Assembly: GCF_026210795.1 (NCBI RefSeq)
Contig: NC_089430.1
Coordinates: 5,952,001 to 6,016,000, forward strand
DNA from: Rhizophagus irregularis
Taxonomy: Eukaryota
DNA length: 64,000 nt
Direction of reading: 5' to 3'
The translations under genes and the position numbers were made by a program. Shown here piece by piece: positions 13,584-27,300 of the stretch. The notes under the pieces were generated by a model. It was not told the DNA's origin, ran no database searches, and worked only from the letters and a program-made list of their open reading frames with translations. How positions within the stretch are numbered: position 1 is the first letter of the stretch; every line of letters begins with the position of its first letter.

Positions 13584-13868
13584 ATACAAACGACAATATT
13601 TTCAACCATTTATGTTTGGAATGGAAAATTTTTGACTCTTTACCATAAAAAACAAGTAATTAGCATTAATTGAATATAAAATCCAATAAGAGTCATTATC
13701 AGTTATATTTTTGTTTATAATAGGTAATTTTTATTTTAGGATGTTGCTCCGGGATAATGGTTTTGATTCGGGTTAATAATATTGGATGGGTTCGGGAAAT
13801 TTTCCATTTCGGGATATCTAATGGGATTCGGGGATTCGGATATTGGTTTCGGTATTCGGGAAATTAAA

Positions 13869-14426
13869 TAGTGTTTCAATCCGCGGATAATCCATTATCC
13901 GTCAATCCGATCCGATTAATATCCGTCACCCGTCAATCTGATCCGTCTAATAAAATACAATCCGGATATCCGTAGTGACGGATTGAAAATTATCCGGATA
14001 TCCTCTGATAATCTAAATATATGGGAATTTACTACGATATTTCCAAAGTTTAAGTGGCCGAAGAACCGAAGGATCTAAAGAAGGATCTAAAGAAGAAAAA
14101 CGAAATTAGTGAAAGAAAAGAAGCGAAAAAGGAAATTAGAAAATATTAACCATCCGTTGTCTCCAAAGTCTAAGGACTTTAAAGAAGAAAAATGAAAAAA
14201 GTAACGGAAAAAAGAAATAAAAAAGTTAACCTAACTATTGTCTCCGAAGTCCAGGTGGTCGAAGAACGAAGGATCTAACGAAATTAGAAAAGCTGAAAAT
14301 AAAAAAAACTTTTTTCACACGATAATATCCGTTACGGATATCGTTTAAAAAATCCTATCCGGATAACCGTAAATGGCGGATATCCGTCCACGAATACGGA
14401 TTGCGGATAAACGGATTGAAACACTA
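13869..14426. mobile_element. hAT-type MITE with ATCCG subterminal repeats
   Basis: TIR tagtgtttcaatccg / cggattgaaacacta; many atccg/cggat motifs; TSD not clearly preserved. Confidence 0.7.
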
Positions 14427-14559
14427 AATCAAGCTTCTCTCAAAGCTATATTCCTTCTGTGATTGAGAAACATATTTGTTTTACTTGATTCTGTTAGGGT
14501 CCTATGGGTCAAAAAGAAAATTTCAGGCACTCTTACACTACGTTGCATCAGTGCAATAG

Positions 14560-14650
14560 ATTAGAGCATCTTGATATATAACTGTGGGATTTGGGTATTC
14601 GTGCTATTGCGCGTTTATGTCCTAAACTCAAACATCTTGACCTCGGTCAG
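14560..14650 (+). pseudogene. Leucine-rich-repeat (F-box/LRR-type) fragment
   Basis: LEHLDI and IARLCPKLKHLDLG readable across a frameshift. Confidence 0.4.
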
Positions 14651-16518
14651 TGTAAGATCGGTAATTCAAGATTTTATGTGTGAAACACTAGAAGGGACAT
14701 TTCATTCCAGATTTGGGAAAATAGTTCAAGGCAATTATCCAGTAACAGTTTATTATTTGAGGCTAAAGAAGTATAACGAAACAGTGATGATTGTCTCAAG
14801 TATATTTTCATGTATAATTTGTGTTGCGAGGTTTGAATTAGATCATGCTCTAGTTGAAATGATAGAAATGTTCGAGCAGAAAACAAAGAGACAAATCTGA
14901 GTGGTGATCATCAGCTCACAATGTGTGTACTCCTGATCACCATGTGACAAATATATGGATCACTAGACAAGCTCTGTGCGACATATTAATTTTCGGCCCT
15001 TCGTTCGGGATGAAAACGAGTTCATAGCTCTGAATAATTTTTTTCGAATACAATGCCTTCAAGCATGTTTAGGTTCATAGTTTCTAATAAACTTTCTAAT
15101 ACAATATCTTTCAAAGTATGTTTAGACTATCATTCCGCAGATCAAAGATTGGGGGATATTTTTTCCTGAACAAACATGAGAAAAATGTGAAAGAGTGTCT
15201 ATTTGCAACACAGGGCATACTCTATAAGTAAATAGTGTCGACGAAAGCATATGCTATGAAGAGCTGAGGACTTCGCAATTTTGAGATCGCCAGGCGTAAA
15301 ACCAAGTTTGTGTCTTGCAAGATAGATCTATATGTGCTTTCATGGAACTCTTGGCATCATACGACAATGCTAATTATGACTCATATCTCCTTAACTTTTT
15401 CCTAGTAAGATACAAAGCATGTAGTGGTATGTGGAAGCCAACTTTCCCGCAAAAATTTTAAGGTATGTACAGTATATGCCATAAGTTATGCTTACATGCA
15501 AGCGAAAATTTCTCACAATGGGCCTTGTCTTCCAGTGCAGATAATGATATTATCAGTCTTAACTTCCGCTATCGTAATGCAGAAAATAAAAATATAATTT
15601 TCGCGCTTGAGATTTCTAAGGATAAAAAAAGTTTCAGATCTTGAAAATGAAGTGAGAAAAAGGTTGGGGCCAATCGAACATAATGACTTCCTCCGTAAAA
15701 TTTATCCTGAGGAGAAGCCCTATACGAACAGAAGATAGGATTTTTTCCTATTTTAACGAGACGCCTGATGATGAGGATCGTATTCACATCTGAATTCTTC
15801 CCTAACGAGTAGTTAGAGGTTTTTTTTTACCTATATTTGCATCATGTAAAGCGATCTATTTGCAATTTTTATATATTATTGTCCGCTTCCGGCGAGTTTA
15901 TTTCATAAATATTTATTTATTTATTTTATTTCTATTTATTTCATTATTATTATTTTACCAGTACATGAGAAAGCGGTCACGTGTAATGATGCAATGCCTG
16001 TGCGACATAAAAACATATATAACAATTGGTTAAATAGGTGCATTAGGTAGTATGGAGGGGAAGGAACTCTCATTTATTGATTAGAAACAACCGTTAACAA
16101 AATAAAGATTTCACTTGAACCTTTTTAAATTATGTAAGTTGTGTGTGCCAATTTTTATACTTTATTGATAAAAAGGAAGAAATGGAGAAGCGACCAAACA
16201 TGCACAAGTTTTACATAGCAATTGAGAAAAATATAGGTAGCAGAAAGAATAGAAAAGTTAAGACAAGATATTCCCTTATTCTTGCAATAGTAACTTGAAC
16301 TATGCTTTTTACTTTACATGACAAAAAATCGCGAAGAAGTAAGCTATACAATTTTTCATATTTGTGATAATAATGTTTGAGAAATCCAGATTGCTAAAAT
16401 AATTTTAAATGTGCCGATTTGATTTATCAGACTACGGATTGATTAACGTTATCGTTATTGTGTACGTGGTCAAATCTGTCCAATCATAATGCTATAATTG
16501 GTTAATAATAGTTGTTAA

Positions 16519-17760
16519 TCAACGCAAAGCACAATAGCTTATCTTTGTTTCACGATAATTACGATGTTTGTAATTATAATCTAATTTATTCAATCCCACA
16601 GTAGAAAAATTTTGATCAGTATCTGAATCACCACTATCTGGATCACTATCAGAGATAGCAGTTATATTAGTATGGTTAATTATTTCTAGTCGTATGATAT
16701 TATCGAGTTCAAACATAGCATAATCTATGAATTCTTGCTTAAGGGGCATCTGGTAGTTTCCAAATATGGTATAGCTTCTTATGTGATCCAGAAATGGTAA
16801 TTTTATACCCTTTGCCCTTTGGATATTAGAAATTTGATATACAAATCACATAAAAAACACCATTTTTTAGATACTGCTATATAACCAATGTCCTTCTTGC
16901 CCCATTAACTTGACCAATACGTTTAATTCTGCGTGTAAACACAATTTTTTTGTTACTTCACAGTCCAACATACCTGGCGTTTCTTTGCCATTTTTGCCAT
17001 ATACACGTACTAGATTTTTCTTTATCACAGGATCATTCAAACATCTTTTCTTAAATTCATCAAATTTATAATTAGTTCGATCAAGAAAATAATGTTCGAC
17101 AGTATCACTCCATGAAGATACGGTTTTATCGACCGTATTAGGATTCAATAATTCCAATTCTATGCAAGAAAAAAGAGGTTTGTACTTTTGTTTACATGCG
17201 CAATTTGTGATATCAATAAAAGATGTAGTATAGGACGCTACTTTTTTCATATGTCTTAAAAATTTTTCCGGAATTGTCAGATCCTTTTTTGCTGTTGGAT
17301 AATAATGGTAACAAAACATAGATATAACCCTAACCTTAACCCTAACCCTAATCCTAACTAATTCTAATAATAGCGTGGATTTCACTAAGTATAACATCAA
17401 CATTTTCAGATTTAGCATAATCTAAAAAAGAATTAATATATTTTTTGTCTTTATTGACGGTTATATCTTTCCTAAGTTTGTTCAATCTCCTTATGAGCTT
17501 ATATTCACAGTACTCAAATATAGTAATTGCTAATTTTTTCACATCATCTCTTTCCTGTGCCTCTTCAAATGTCATGGGAGCATCTTTAGGATTTCTTTAA
17601 CTTTGTCGATATATTCATGATCTTTTTTTTGCCATTTATCATTTTTAGCGATATAAATTTTACACTTCTTTGATAAATTTTCCAAGTTTACTGCCATTAC
17701 TTCTTTATCCCTTGCTAGTATGGCTGTTAGTTTACCAATAAATTTGTCAAGATCTGACAG
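16519..17760 (-). pseudogene. OTT_1508-like nucleic-acid deaminase, frameshifted
   Basis: LTAILARDKEV...IYIAKN N-terminus; CLHAELNVL, YIAVSKKWCFLC and SGSHKKLYHIWKLP (HAE...CxxC zinc site) spread across several frames. Confidence 0.75.
17325..17360. repeat. Interstitial telomere-like (TAACCC)x6 tract
   Basis: taaccc taacct taaccc taaccc taatcc taacta. Confidence 0.65.
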
Positions 17761-17774
17761 TATTCAACTCCTGG

Positions 17775-18400
17775 ACCTTCCCTAAAGTGTGTGAGCTCTA
17801 TGAGCTTAGCGATGACCCGAATCCTAGTATTGATGTATATCCCGTTTTTCATTGTGGTTCTGTGGACACGAAGGATGGTAAGTATAAAGAGGCATTGCGA
17901 AAACTTTTTGATGAATTGGAGACACGCATTGCAACAACCCCACAAAAAGCATCTATTCCTACACTTATCTCGCCTCTGCAACTTTCCCGTTTAAAAGCCA
18001 AATAAAAATAGTACCTGAGAAGTTGGTTGAAGGTAAAAATGGACGCGGGAATCTTGACTATGGAATTGAATCGCGTACAACCGGGAGAACAATTGGTTTG
18101 ATCGAGGTCAAAAAAGATGACTTTAAGCAGGGCTTTGCTCAGGCTACTGTGCAGATGGAATCTTCTCTTTCTCGCAAGCGCAAAGCGAATGAAATAGACG
18201 ACGAGCACGAATATGGATAAAGTATAGGAATTGTAACAGATGCGGAAAAATGGTATTTTATGGAATGTACATTAGAAAATGAAAGGAAACTAGTGTTTAA
18301 GCTGTCGGCCTCTATTTGTTGCGTATGAAGGATGAGGTATGAAAGACATGGCGGAAAAAGTCGGCCGAGTCGTATTTTATGGTTTTAGAAGAAGCGCGAG
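17775..18400 (+). pseudogene. PD-(D/E)XK-like (Crinkler-associated) protein fragment
   Basis: GRGNLDYGI...IGLIEVKKDDFKQGFAQATVQMES...GIVTDAEKWYFMEC; deletions and frameshifts. Confidence 0.65.
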
Positions 18401-18480
18401 AAGCAGGTGAAAAATAAAAAGGGTAAGGTCAGGTGATCTTGCGGGGATTTAGGCATAGAAAATTCGTAATGTATCACATA

Positions 18481-18641
18481 AGACCTGGGACAAACTAAAG
18501 TTTTGAACCCGATCCGCCGATCCGGTATTTTTAGATGGGCACGTGATCCTGATTTGATAGTTTGATTTGTAAAATAAATAACAACTGAACCGGATCGGTG
18601 GGTCGGCGGTCGGGTTCAAAAATTTATTTTGTCCCAGGTCT
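18481..18641. mobile_element. Small MITE
   Basis: TIR agacctgggacaaa...ttttgaacccga / cgggttcaaaa...tttgtcccaggtct, TA-flanked. Confidence 0.75.
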
Positions 18642-18764
18642 TATGAATACAGCTGTAAATAAAAAAAATTCTTGGCAAATTTCAGCCGGGGGCCCCGGCC
18701 AAAAATACGTATATATTTTTATTTTGAATAATTATGTACAGTGTATTAGTTATATATATAGATC

Positions 18765-20350
18765 ATGTCATCCGAGCTTGAATTATTGAAACAGCGCATC
18801 ACTGAGCTTGAGGCTGAGAATTCCGGTCTTAGAATCAAGCTCTCAGTGTCTGATGCTGAATAAGAGCGAATGGGGAATATAATAAGAGGCGTGATGCTGA
18901 AAATGCCAAACTCAAGGCCAGAATCGAGGAGTTGGAATCTGAGTTTAGAGATAGAATTATGAAAGTGGAACAGAAGCAGACACTAAATGATTATTCTTCT
19001 AATCTCAGTTCATCTAACTTCAATTTGGTTGCAGATCAGGTACCCATGGTAACGCATCACGAGAAATCATCGGTGGATACTTCATTACCTGAAGACAAGG
19101 AAACGGACGCTTTCTTGGATGAGGTGCATAAGAAAAAGGTTAGTAATGAGATTAGACAACGTAATAGAGAGAAGAAACTTCAAGCTCAAGAGTCTCTTCC
19201 AATATCTCCTGAAGAGAAAAGGCCTCAAGTTCTCGACTCGATTACTTATCAGCTAATTCAAAGTGCAAGAAGGGGAAGGGTGTGAATAAGCTTAAGCAAG
19301 AATTATTTGCTCCGGAGTTGTCTACACAAGATTGAACATGTGACCGAAATTTCCGAGACATTATGTCCCGGAAAATTTACCTCTGATAACAAATCTAGCA
19401 TTGATGAAGCCTTACAACATCTAGCTCAGTTATGCGATAGAGCTTTTGACGCTGAAGATAAAGCAAATCGAGCTAATCAGGAAGAAATTTTATGCCGGTG
19501 CCTCTATGCGAAGGATTTCATAATTCAGCTCAATGGATTATAGAAAACAGTGGAGATAAATTTGGTGAAAAGAAGGCAAAAGGCTTACTATATGATTCCA
19601 TTACAAAACAGCTTAACTTGCTTCGTAAACAGAGATCCCAAGAAACGGGGTTACAACTTCGAGATGTATCACGAGATAGTTTGCGCAAGAAAACTCAGAG
19701 AGCTGAGAAAGTCTATAAATTTATCGAACAAGTGGGCCTGGATAAAATCAAGTATATAAAATCTTATAGTGCAACTTCTATTTCAGAGCTTACTAATGAG
19801 CAAATTCAAGAGGTTATAGATTGTGGAATATCTTCGGAACAATTATCTCTAGTAACTGATCATGTGACTGAAATTTCCGAGACATTATGTCCCGGAAAAA
19901 AATTGCCCATACCTGAAGAAAATACATCATCCACACCTCAAATCGCTCCAGTTAAGGCAGAGATCAATCGACTATGATGATGTATATTTTGATGAAGAAC
20001 TTGATTATGATTCCACACCTCAGTCGGTGAAAGAAACGAATGAAGAAGTTGTTTCGCAATCAGTTAAGACAGACGATGATAGTAACTGTAATCGCAACAG
20101 TGATTCTGAAGAAGAGATACCAGACGATGGATATAATGGATACGGTGGATATAATGAATATGGTGAATGTGATAGAGGTTATTATTCTCGTGACGGAAGA
20201 TACGAAAGAAAAACCTCCCCAATGATGAGTCCTATTACCTCTCCGGTACCGCCTAGGAGAATTATCGGGCAGAACGCAAGACGAATTATTTGGATTATCT
20301 ATTTCTTTTTTTTTCGAATCACGTGGATGGCAATACATCATGCGCAGTAA
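18765..20350 (+). pseudogene. Coiled-coil family gene (MSSELELLKQRITELEAEN type), multiply frameshifted
   Basis: N-terminal heptads; EEILC..LYAKDF; LRKKTQRAEKVYKFIEQVGLDKIKYIKSYSA; acidic and GYNGYGGY tail; broken into at least 5 ORFs. Confidence 0.6.
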
Positions 20351-20481
20351 TAAGCTTATCAGCTTATCATGTGATTAGCCGTTAGATCCCGCTTCTATTG
20401 GTTGGAAGTGTGAACGATTATCATACTGTATTATTGATTTTGTTTCGTAAGACATCACTTTAATAACTTCCCATACTTCCC

Positions 20482-22171
20482 ATGCCTGTTCATGTTTACT
20501 TCAAACGAAATTCTGAGCACTGGGGTATTTTGGATTTTTTAAACAAATCTACTGAGGAACCTTTCAAACTCAAAATAGACACATACCTTAAATCTCTTGA
20601 GTTGATTATGAACAGTGAACAGGGAAAAAGGTGTGACAAAGCAAAGTTGTTATACGATGATTATAAGAAGGCAAGTAAAAATCTTTTTGCTGAAAGTGTT
20701 GAAATATGTGGCGTGACGGACCGAAATCTCTTAGATTGTTCGTCATTCAAAACTCTTAGTTGAGCCACCAAACTAGTAATGGGGCACAGATGACCTCCTA
20801 GCTTGTCTGTTGTTAAAAAGACTCTTAGTCAATCCAGCACTAGACCCATTAGGGTACAGATGACCTCCTAGCCTTGTCTGATGTTCTGATGGGATTAGAA
20901 ATCGAATGAAAATCAATGAGAGTTGAAAAGAGTTTTACTAATTTCAAAACATTTTATTCAAGGAACCTCGATCCGATAAAAAGAAGGCGATTGATTGGGA
21001 TAAAGAGCGTTCAAGGAATCAAGTCCACATCCACCAGCAAATTTCTGGCAGTGGAACTGTATTCTGAAGATATATCTGTGATATGCGCGTTTGATAAGTC
21101 GATCGCCGAGTTGAATTTAGTAATCGGCGCGGAGCTTGCAAACAAGTTTTCTTCTGTACGCGATATTAACCCTGAAATATGGACGCCCGATTTAGAAAAA
21201 TACATTGACAATGTCCTAAAAAAATCCGGAAAACAATTTAAAAATGCTACGTTAGTTGATGTTCCGGACGACCTTTTCCGATTGTACTGTGAAAAAGTCT
21301 TCCTTGATTTGTAAGTAAATGTAGAGACTTATCGGTTAATCAAGAGAAAAAAAATACTGACAACAAATCTTTAGCTACAATCTAGTTGATATTAACCCCA
21401 CGATGGACAAAAAGATAGGCGAACGTAAATACATAACTTACCAAATTTCGTCAATTTATAAATATTATGAGAGAACATTCTTTAACCTCGATTTCGACTG
21501 GATCGAGTCTCATGCCCGCTCCGCAAGAATTACGAAATCCGTGACAAATTCAGGAATTGTCAAGGTAGATTCCATAGCGACTAGACATTACGATGGATTA
21601 AGTATATGGCACATGGAGGTAGCTGGCGGACCATGTAACGCGACGGACACACACACCTTGGGCGATACAAAAAAAACACTCCGTATGGATGTGTTAAATT
21701 TAATTGCAATATTGAGAAACCATTTTGATTGTAGTGTGGAACTCGCTACAAAAATAAAAGTTTTTTGTACCCAGGTTGTTGGTAAGTGATATATCTGTAT
21801 AGCTAGTGAGGTTGAAATTTTCTGTTACTTATGTTTTACTTTTTTAGGCACTCGGATGACTCTCTATGCACTTAGTATGCTCCCAGATGGAAGGTTTATC
21901 TCTTCAGAACTTGCTACCGCAGTAGTCCCTTTTAGCTTCCATGGCCGGAATCAGTTCAAAGCTATCTTCAGGATGATGGCTATTTTTCATGTATGTGTAT
22001 CTTATGATTTTTTTATTTTCCCAAAATATTTATTCGGGGGTGGTACTTTTTCTCCAGAATGAAATAACGAAACAAGAAGAACTTATGGGCGAGATTGATA
22101 GAGTTGTACTTCGATCCAAAGGAACGACAGTTCGACATGTATTGAAAATCCCTGAGGGATTATTCGAGTGA
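20482..22171 (+). pseudogene. Multi-exon gene with C-terminal restriction-endonuclease-like (PD-(D/E)XK) domain; exon 2 frameshifted
   Basis: Introns approx. 20671-20962 (GC-AG), 21311-21374, 21782-21848, 21991-22058; VKVDSIA...HMEVAGGP...HTLGDTKK...QVVGTRMTLYAL. Confidence 0.6.
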
Positions 22172-23280
22172 GTTTATGTATTTAAGTTAGAATAATATAA
22201 TAGATTACCGTAGACATTAATTGTTTTATAATACATACACTAACATTAACGAATTACTTTTGCTATCATTATATATCTTTGCCATATATTTTAATCTTAG
22301 TATTAATGCACAAATAGATGCTGTTTTGCGTTATGCTCAATTAGTGCACTTTCCGTATAGTATCAATGATTAGAAAACCGATTATGAGTTAGTATTATTG
22401 GGGTGATGACCGGGATGTTTTAGTATAGAAAATCTTCTGCAAGATTTAATCTACATGTCATAGCACATACATTGTATCAAGAATGATTTTTATGATGACG
22501 TATTGTGCATTGGAAAATAAAAAAATGTTTTCGTATACATAATAACGTTTAGTGCATGGATGCCAAGGATTATTAAACTACAGATCGAAATTTTATCCTG
22601 AATTATTAAAACCGTTCCGTTCCCTCAGGGAACGATCAGAATTACACAAAATTTTCCGATCATGAAATTTTGTCCCGTTTGCCAAGAGAATGCCAGAAGT
22701 AAACGAGATCCACCAGTACGATATCGGAAAATTTCTTGTGTTACGCGATCATGTGATTTCCGATGTTGAATGATGATCCGATACAATTTCAGTACATTTG
22801 TGTACATGTCCATTTATGACGTTATGACGTTATGTGCCGATTTATATCGATATACAACTGCAGATTATTCTCGTGAAAGATTATTTTAAAAGTCAAAATA
22901 TTAGAAACATTAATAGCTAATAAATAATTAGATTTAATGTGGTCATATTTCTTTTTCGTTCCAGTTCGGTTATGGGTTTTTTAAACTTTAAAATTATGAA
23001 TTATTACATTTTATTTGAATATTGTGACAGACAGCACTGGTCAATAAAAGTCTGATTATTGCGCCAAATGTGGCTCGTGAACGTAATTCGGGTTAATGAC
23101 ATTCCTCGCATAAATTACCAATAATTTGAAAATTGAAATCTTATAAAGCGCAAGCTGGACATCAATATTACCCAAAAATTACGTAAAAATATTTCTATAT
23201 AAAGTCATGGATCCAAAAATATTTTCTGACTCGATACCGGTTGCGAATTTCTCTATTCAAGCAAACGTGTCAAGACGTCT

Positions 23281-23900
23281 TTACTTTCCTTTGTTCTGCG
23301 GCGTAGGAACAGTTGGTATCAATTTTACAGACATCCCATTACTACTACAAGATGAATCATCACGATTATCAAAGTTATTATTCTCGGAAATTTTCTTATT
23401 ATTCGCATTTATCAATTTCTCTATAATTTCTATTTGAATGATGGTTTCGTTGAGAAGATTGCGAGTTGTTACCAAGGTTTCAATAAACGTAATCAGGTCA
23501 CTTGGTATATCTGTTAGTAAATCAATTTTTAATAATTCTTGCATGTGAAATAACGGGTCGAACCAAAATAATGCTAGGAAATACTAACCATGTACAGTAT
23601 ATGTAAAGCATAAAGTTTAATACACTTAATATATGTGATATATGGTTGAATGAATCCAGGTCTTCACATTGATAATATAAATAGTCCCAGGAATCTTTGC
23701 AAAACTTTGCTCTCAACACTATTCCTATAAGTTAAAATAATTAAAAAAGTATTTTTGCAATAACTTCAAATTCAAATTACTTACCAAGCAAGATGAATAT
23801 TTTTTATTTCGCTTCGCAAATAATCAATAATGTGAACAATATATTGACAGATAAACGTAGGTTCAGATATTGCTTTTCGAATTGATCATCATCCCAAATG
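23281..23900 (-). pseudogene. C-terminal fragment of a spliced hypothetical gene
   Basis: MQELLKIDLLTDIP...FIETLVTTRNLL...PTPQNKGK with an upstream GT-AG intron (~23727-23785); disrupted. Confidence 0.35.
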
Positions 23901-24305
23901 TTATCGTTTCTTTTTGTATCATGAAAAAGAACAAAAATTAAATTAAAAATGTAAAAACAAATAACTCACATTTGTCTATGAAAATTTTAATTGTTAGGAT
24001 AATGATTAAGAATAAATACTTGATGCATAAAAAAAATACCATTTTGAATATCCTTTATGATTTTTATGCAATGAAGTAGATCGTCCTTTTCCATTAAAAG
24101 GAACGTATTGCCGCATCGGCAAGTGCATTGTTACAATTTCCTTTTTTGGGAATGGGTGACAAGTATACGTACGCATGTTACATTTTCCATATCAGTTCAA
24201 CTATCATATAATAGCTTGGGAAAAAATCGACTCTCAAAATTGTATTTTAACACCTCTAGCAAAAACAGTGTAACCCGCTCTTTTGAATCCTAAAAATTCA
24301 CCAAT

Positions 24306-27300
24306 ATGACTAGTGAAGAAAGGACTTTAGAGGAGTTATTAAGAGAAATTCTACGACTTAATTATGATAAGCCTAAAATTTGTGATTTAGTAAATGAAGG
24401 AATTTTGAGCGTTCAAGTAAATAAAGTTATGAAAGCTTTTGAAAATGATTCGGAAGTTTTTCCACAAGGAAATGAAATTAAGCATTGGAATAAAGTGAAT
24501 ATACGAAATTGGGCAGATTCTATAAAAGGAACAGAAATTACAAAGAATCCAGAGTTTTTAGAAGAAATGATAGCAGTTCTTAAGAGGACAAATTTCCTTT
24601 ATTGTAAGCATAATCTGAGAATAACACAAGTTTTAGCTATATTACTCTTTGTGTCACCAAATGAACAAGGAAGATTGTTACAAATATCAACAGGAGAAGG
24701 AAAGACTACCATATGTGCTATGCTCGCAAGTATTAAGGTATTGCAAGGAGAGAATGTGGATATAATAACAAGTTCCCCTATTTTAGCGAAAAGAGATGCT
24801 GAAGAGAGAGAAAGTTTCTATAAAATATTAGGAATCAGTTGTGGGTCTAATGAAGGCGAAGACTATTCATTAAGCATAGTAGATGGTCGTAATGGAATTC
24901 AATTAGAAACAAATAAGAACTGCTATTTTAAAAATATAGTATATGGGGATGTAAGCGAATTTCAGTTTGATTGGCTAAAACATGAACATAAGAAAATAGG
25001 TACTAAAGGAAATAGAGGGTTTGGTGTAGTAATTGTAGATGAAGTAGATACCATGATAATTGATGACTGTAGCAGGAGTGCAAGGTTAACAGGAGAACTG
25101 GCAGGGTTTGAATATTTAAATCCAGTATTTTGTGGGGTAGCAAATGAGTTAACTAGATTAAGCAAGCGAATAATACGGACAGAAGAGAATTTAATATATT
25201 TAGATGGTGAGTTCAAAGAAGGAGGAGAACTTATCTTAGGAGAAGAGATAAAATGCTATGAAATAAATAATTGGTATGAATTTATCTCTGAATATTTAAC
25301 AGAATTTACAATAAATATAATAAAAAAAAGGAAAATAGAACTGCCAGATTTTTTAAGAGATTTTTGTTTAAAGTCAGTAGAAGAGTTTGTTAAATCAGCA
25401 ATTGAAAGTTGGAATGTATATCAAGAGAAGATAGAATATCTAACAGTAAAAGGTAAAAATGAAAACTCGAATATTGCACCAGTTGACTATGAAAGCACGG
25501 GAATAGTGCAAGAGAATGAGACATTTTCTGATGGATTGCATCAATTTCTGCAGATAAAGCATGGGCTCAAACTTACACCTGAATCAGTAGCTACAAGCTT
25601 TGTTTCAAATATGGGATATTTTAAAAATATGGTGCTAAGATATATGGGTTAACAGGAACAATTGGATCTAAGGAGGACCAAGATATGTTATCCTCAATTT
25701 ATACAGTAGATTTTGGATTTATGCCAACATATAAAGCAAAAAAATTTAAAGAGTTAGAAGGGATAGTGACCAGTAATAAGAATGCATGGATTATGGAAGT
25801 AGTGAGTAATATAAAGCAAGAAGGAGAAAGAGGAAGAGCAGTACTAGTTATTTGCGAGACAATAGATAATGTAAAAACAATTTATGATATTCTAATAGAA
25901 GTTTATTCAACAAGGAAAATAAGGTTATATTCTAGAAATGATAATGATGAATGTTCAGCAGTAAAAGAAAGAGTTAACTCAGGAGATGTAATAATTGCAA
26001 CAAATTTAGCAGGAAGAGGAACAGATATCAAAACAAGTTTTAGCGTTGAAAAGAATGGAGGTTTACATGTAATAGTTACTTTTTTACCATCAAACTCAAG
26101 GGTAGAGGAACAAGCATTTGGGAAAACAGCAAGACAAGGAGCAAAAGGAACAGCCCAATTAATAATTAATAAAATATATACAGAAAACAAATTAAATATG
26201 ACTGGAATTTTAAGTAATATATATGAATTTAAGCAACTTAGAGATAGTAAAGAATATATAAGAATACAAACAGTTAAATTATATAAGGCAAAAGAAGTTG
26301 AATTAAGAGATAAATTATTTGAAATATATTTAGAGGTTGATAATGATTTACGAGAGATAGAAGAAAATAAGAAGAAAGAAAAGACGATATTAGACATATT
26401 AGAAAAAGATAAGAGATATAAATATAAATTACTGCAAGTAGAAGAAAAATGGGGATTAGAGCTAAAAATATTTGAAAAAACATTAGCTTATGATAGCAAA
26501 ACAAGAGAAGAACTAAAACAAGTAGCGAAAAAATTTGGATTTAAACCATATGGTAATAATGAAGCAATGTTTAGTTTATATAAGGCAATTAGTGTAAGTT
26601 TAGGAAATAAAGCAAGTAGTGAGCAGTTGCTATGGCTAGCAGTAGGTTATTTTTTAGATAATTTTACTGGAATGTATTACCGTAATGATATTAATTTTTA
26701 TAAAAAAGCTGCAAAAAGTTTTAGTGATAAAAAGGCATTAAAAAGTTTGACTTCAGTATTAGGAAGAAATATAGTAATAATAAGTAGCAATCAAGAAAAT
26801 TTGATGATTTACAAAATAAAGGATGTGAAAGAAACGATTTATATAGGTTTAGAAGATGGAAATAAAAAATATTTTAAAAATTATAGACCTTTAAGAAAAG
26901 TTTCGTATAATTATGATATAATAGAAAAGTATTCAATAAAAGTAGAAGTAAAAGCTACTGAGTATAAAAGTATTACAAATCTTTTTGAAAGAAAAGATTT
27001 AAAAAAATTGATAGATGAAATTATAAAACAAAAGTCAAAAGAAGTAGAAGAATGCAATCTAGCAAAAAGAAATGAGGGAATTAGTTATTTTAAAAATTTC
27101 TTTAATAAAATAAAAGAAGAATATAAAACAGGCAATAAAATAATGAAAAACTCAGCATATATGGTACAAATGGGAATTGAAAAGTCAGAAGTCAAAGAAA
27201 AAATAGATATATTAGAAGGTGCATGTAATTTAGAAAAAATATATTCATTGCCAGCACGTTATAATTTAGCTCATGCAGTAATTGAAGAACAGAAAGGAAA

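Noticed and set aside
14950..15830. Possible decayed coding sequence
   Set aside because: Higher GC but no recognisable motif in any frame
25610..25640. Programmed -1 ribosomal frameshift
   Set aside because: The slippery heptamer is not in the required phase (a slip at TTT-AAA would put TAA in the A site), and no obvious downstream structure is present
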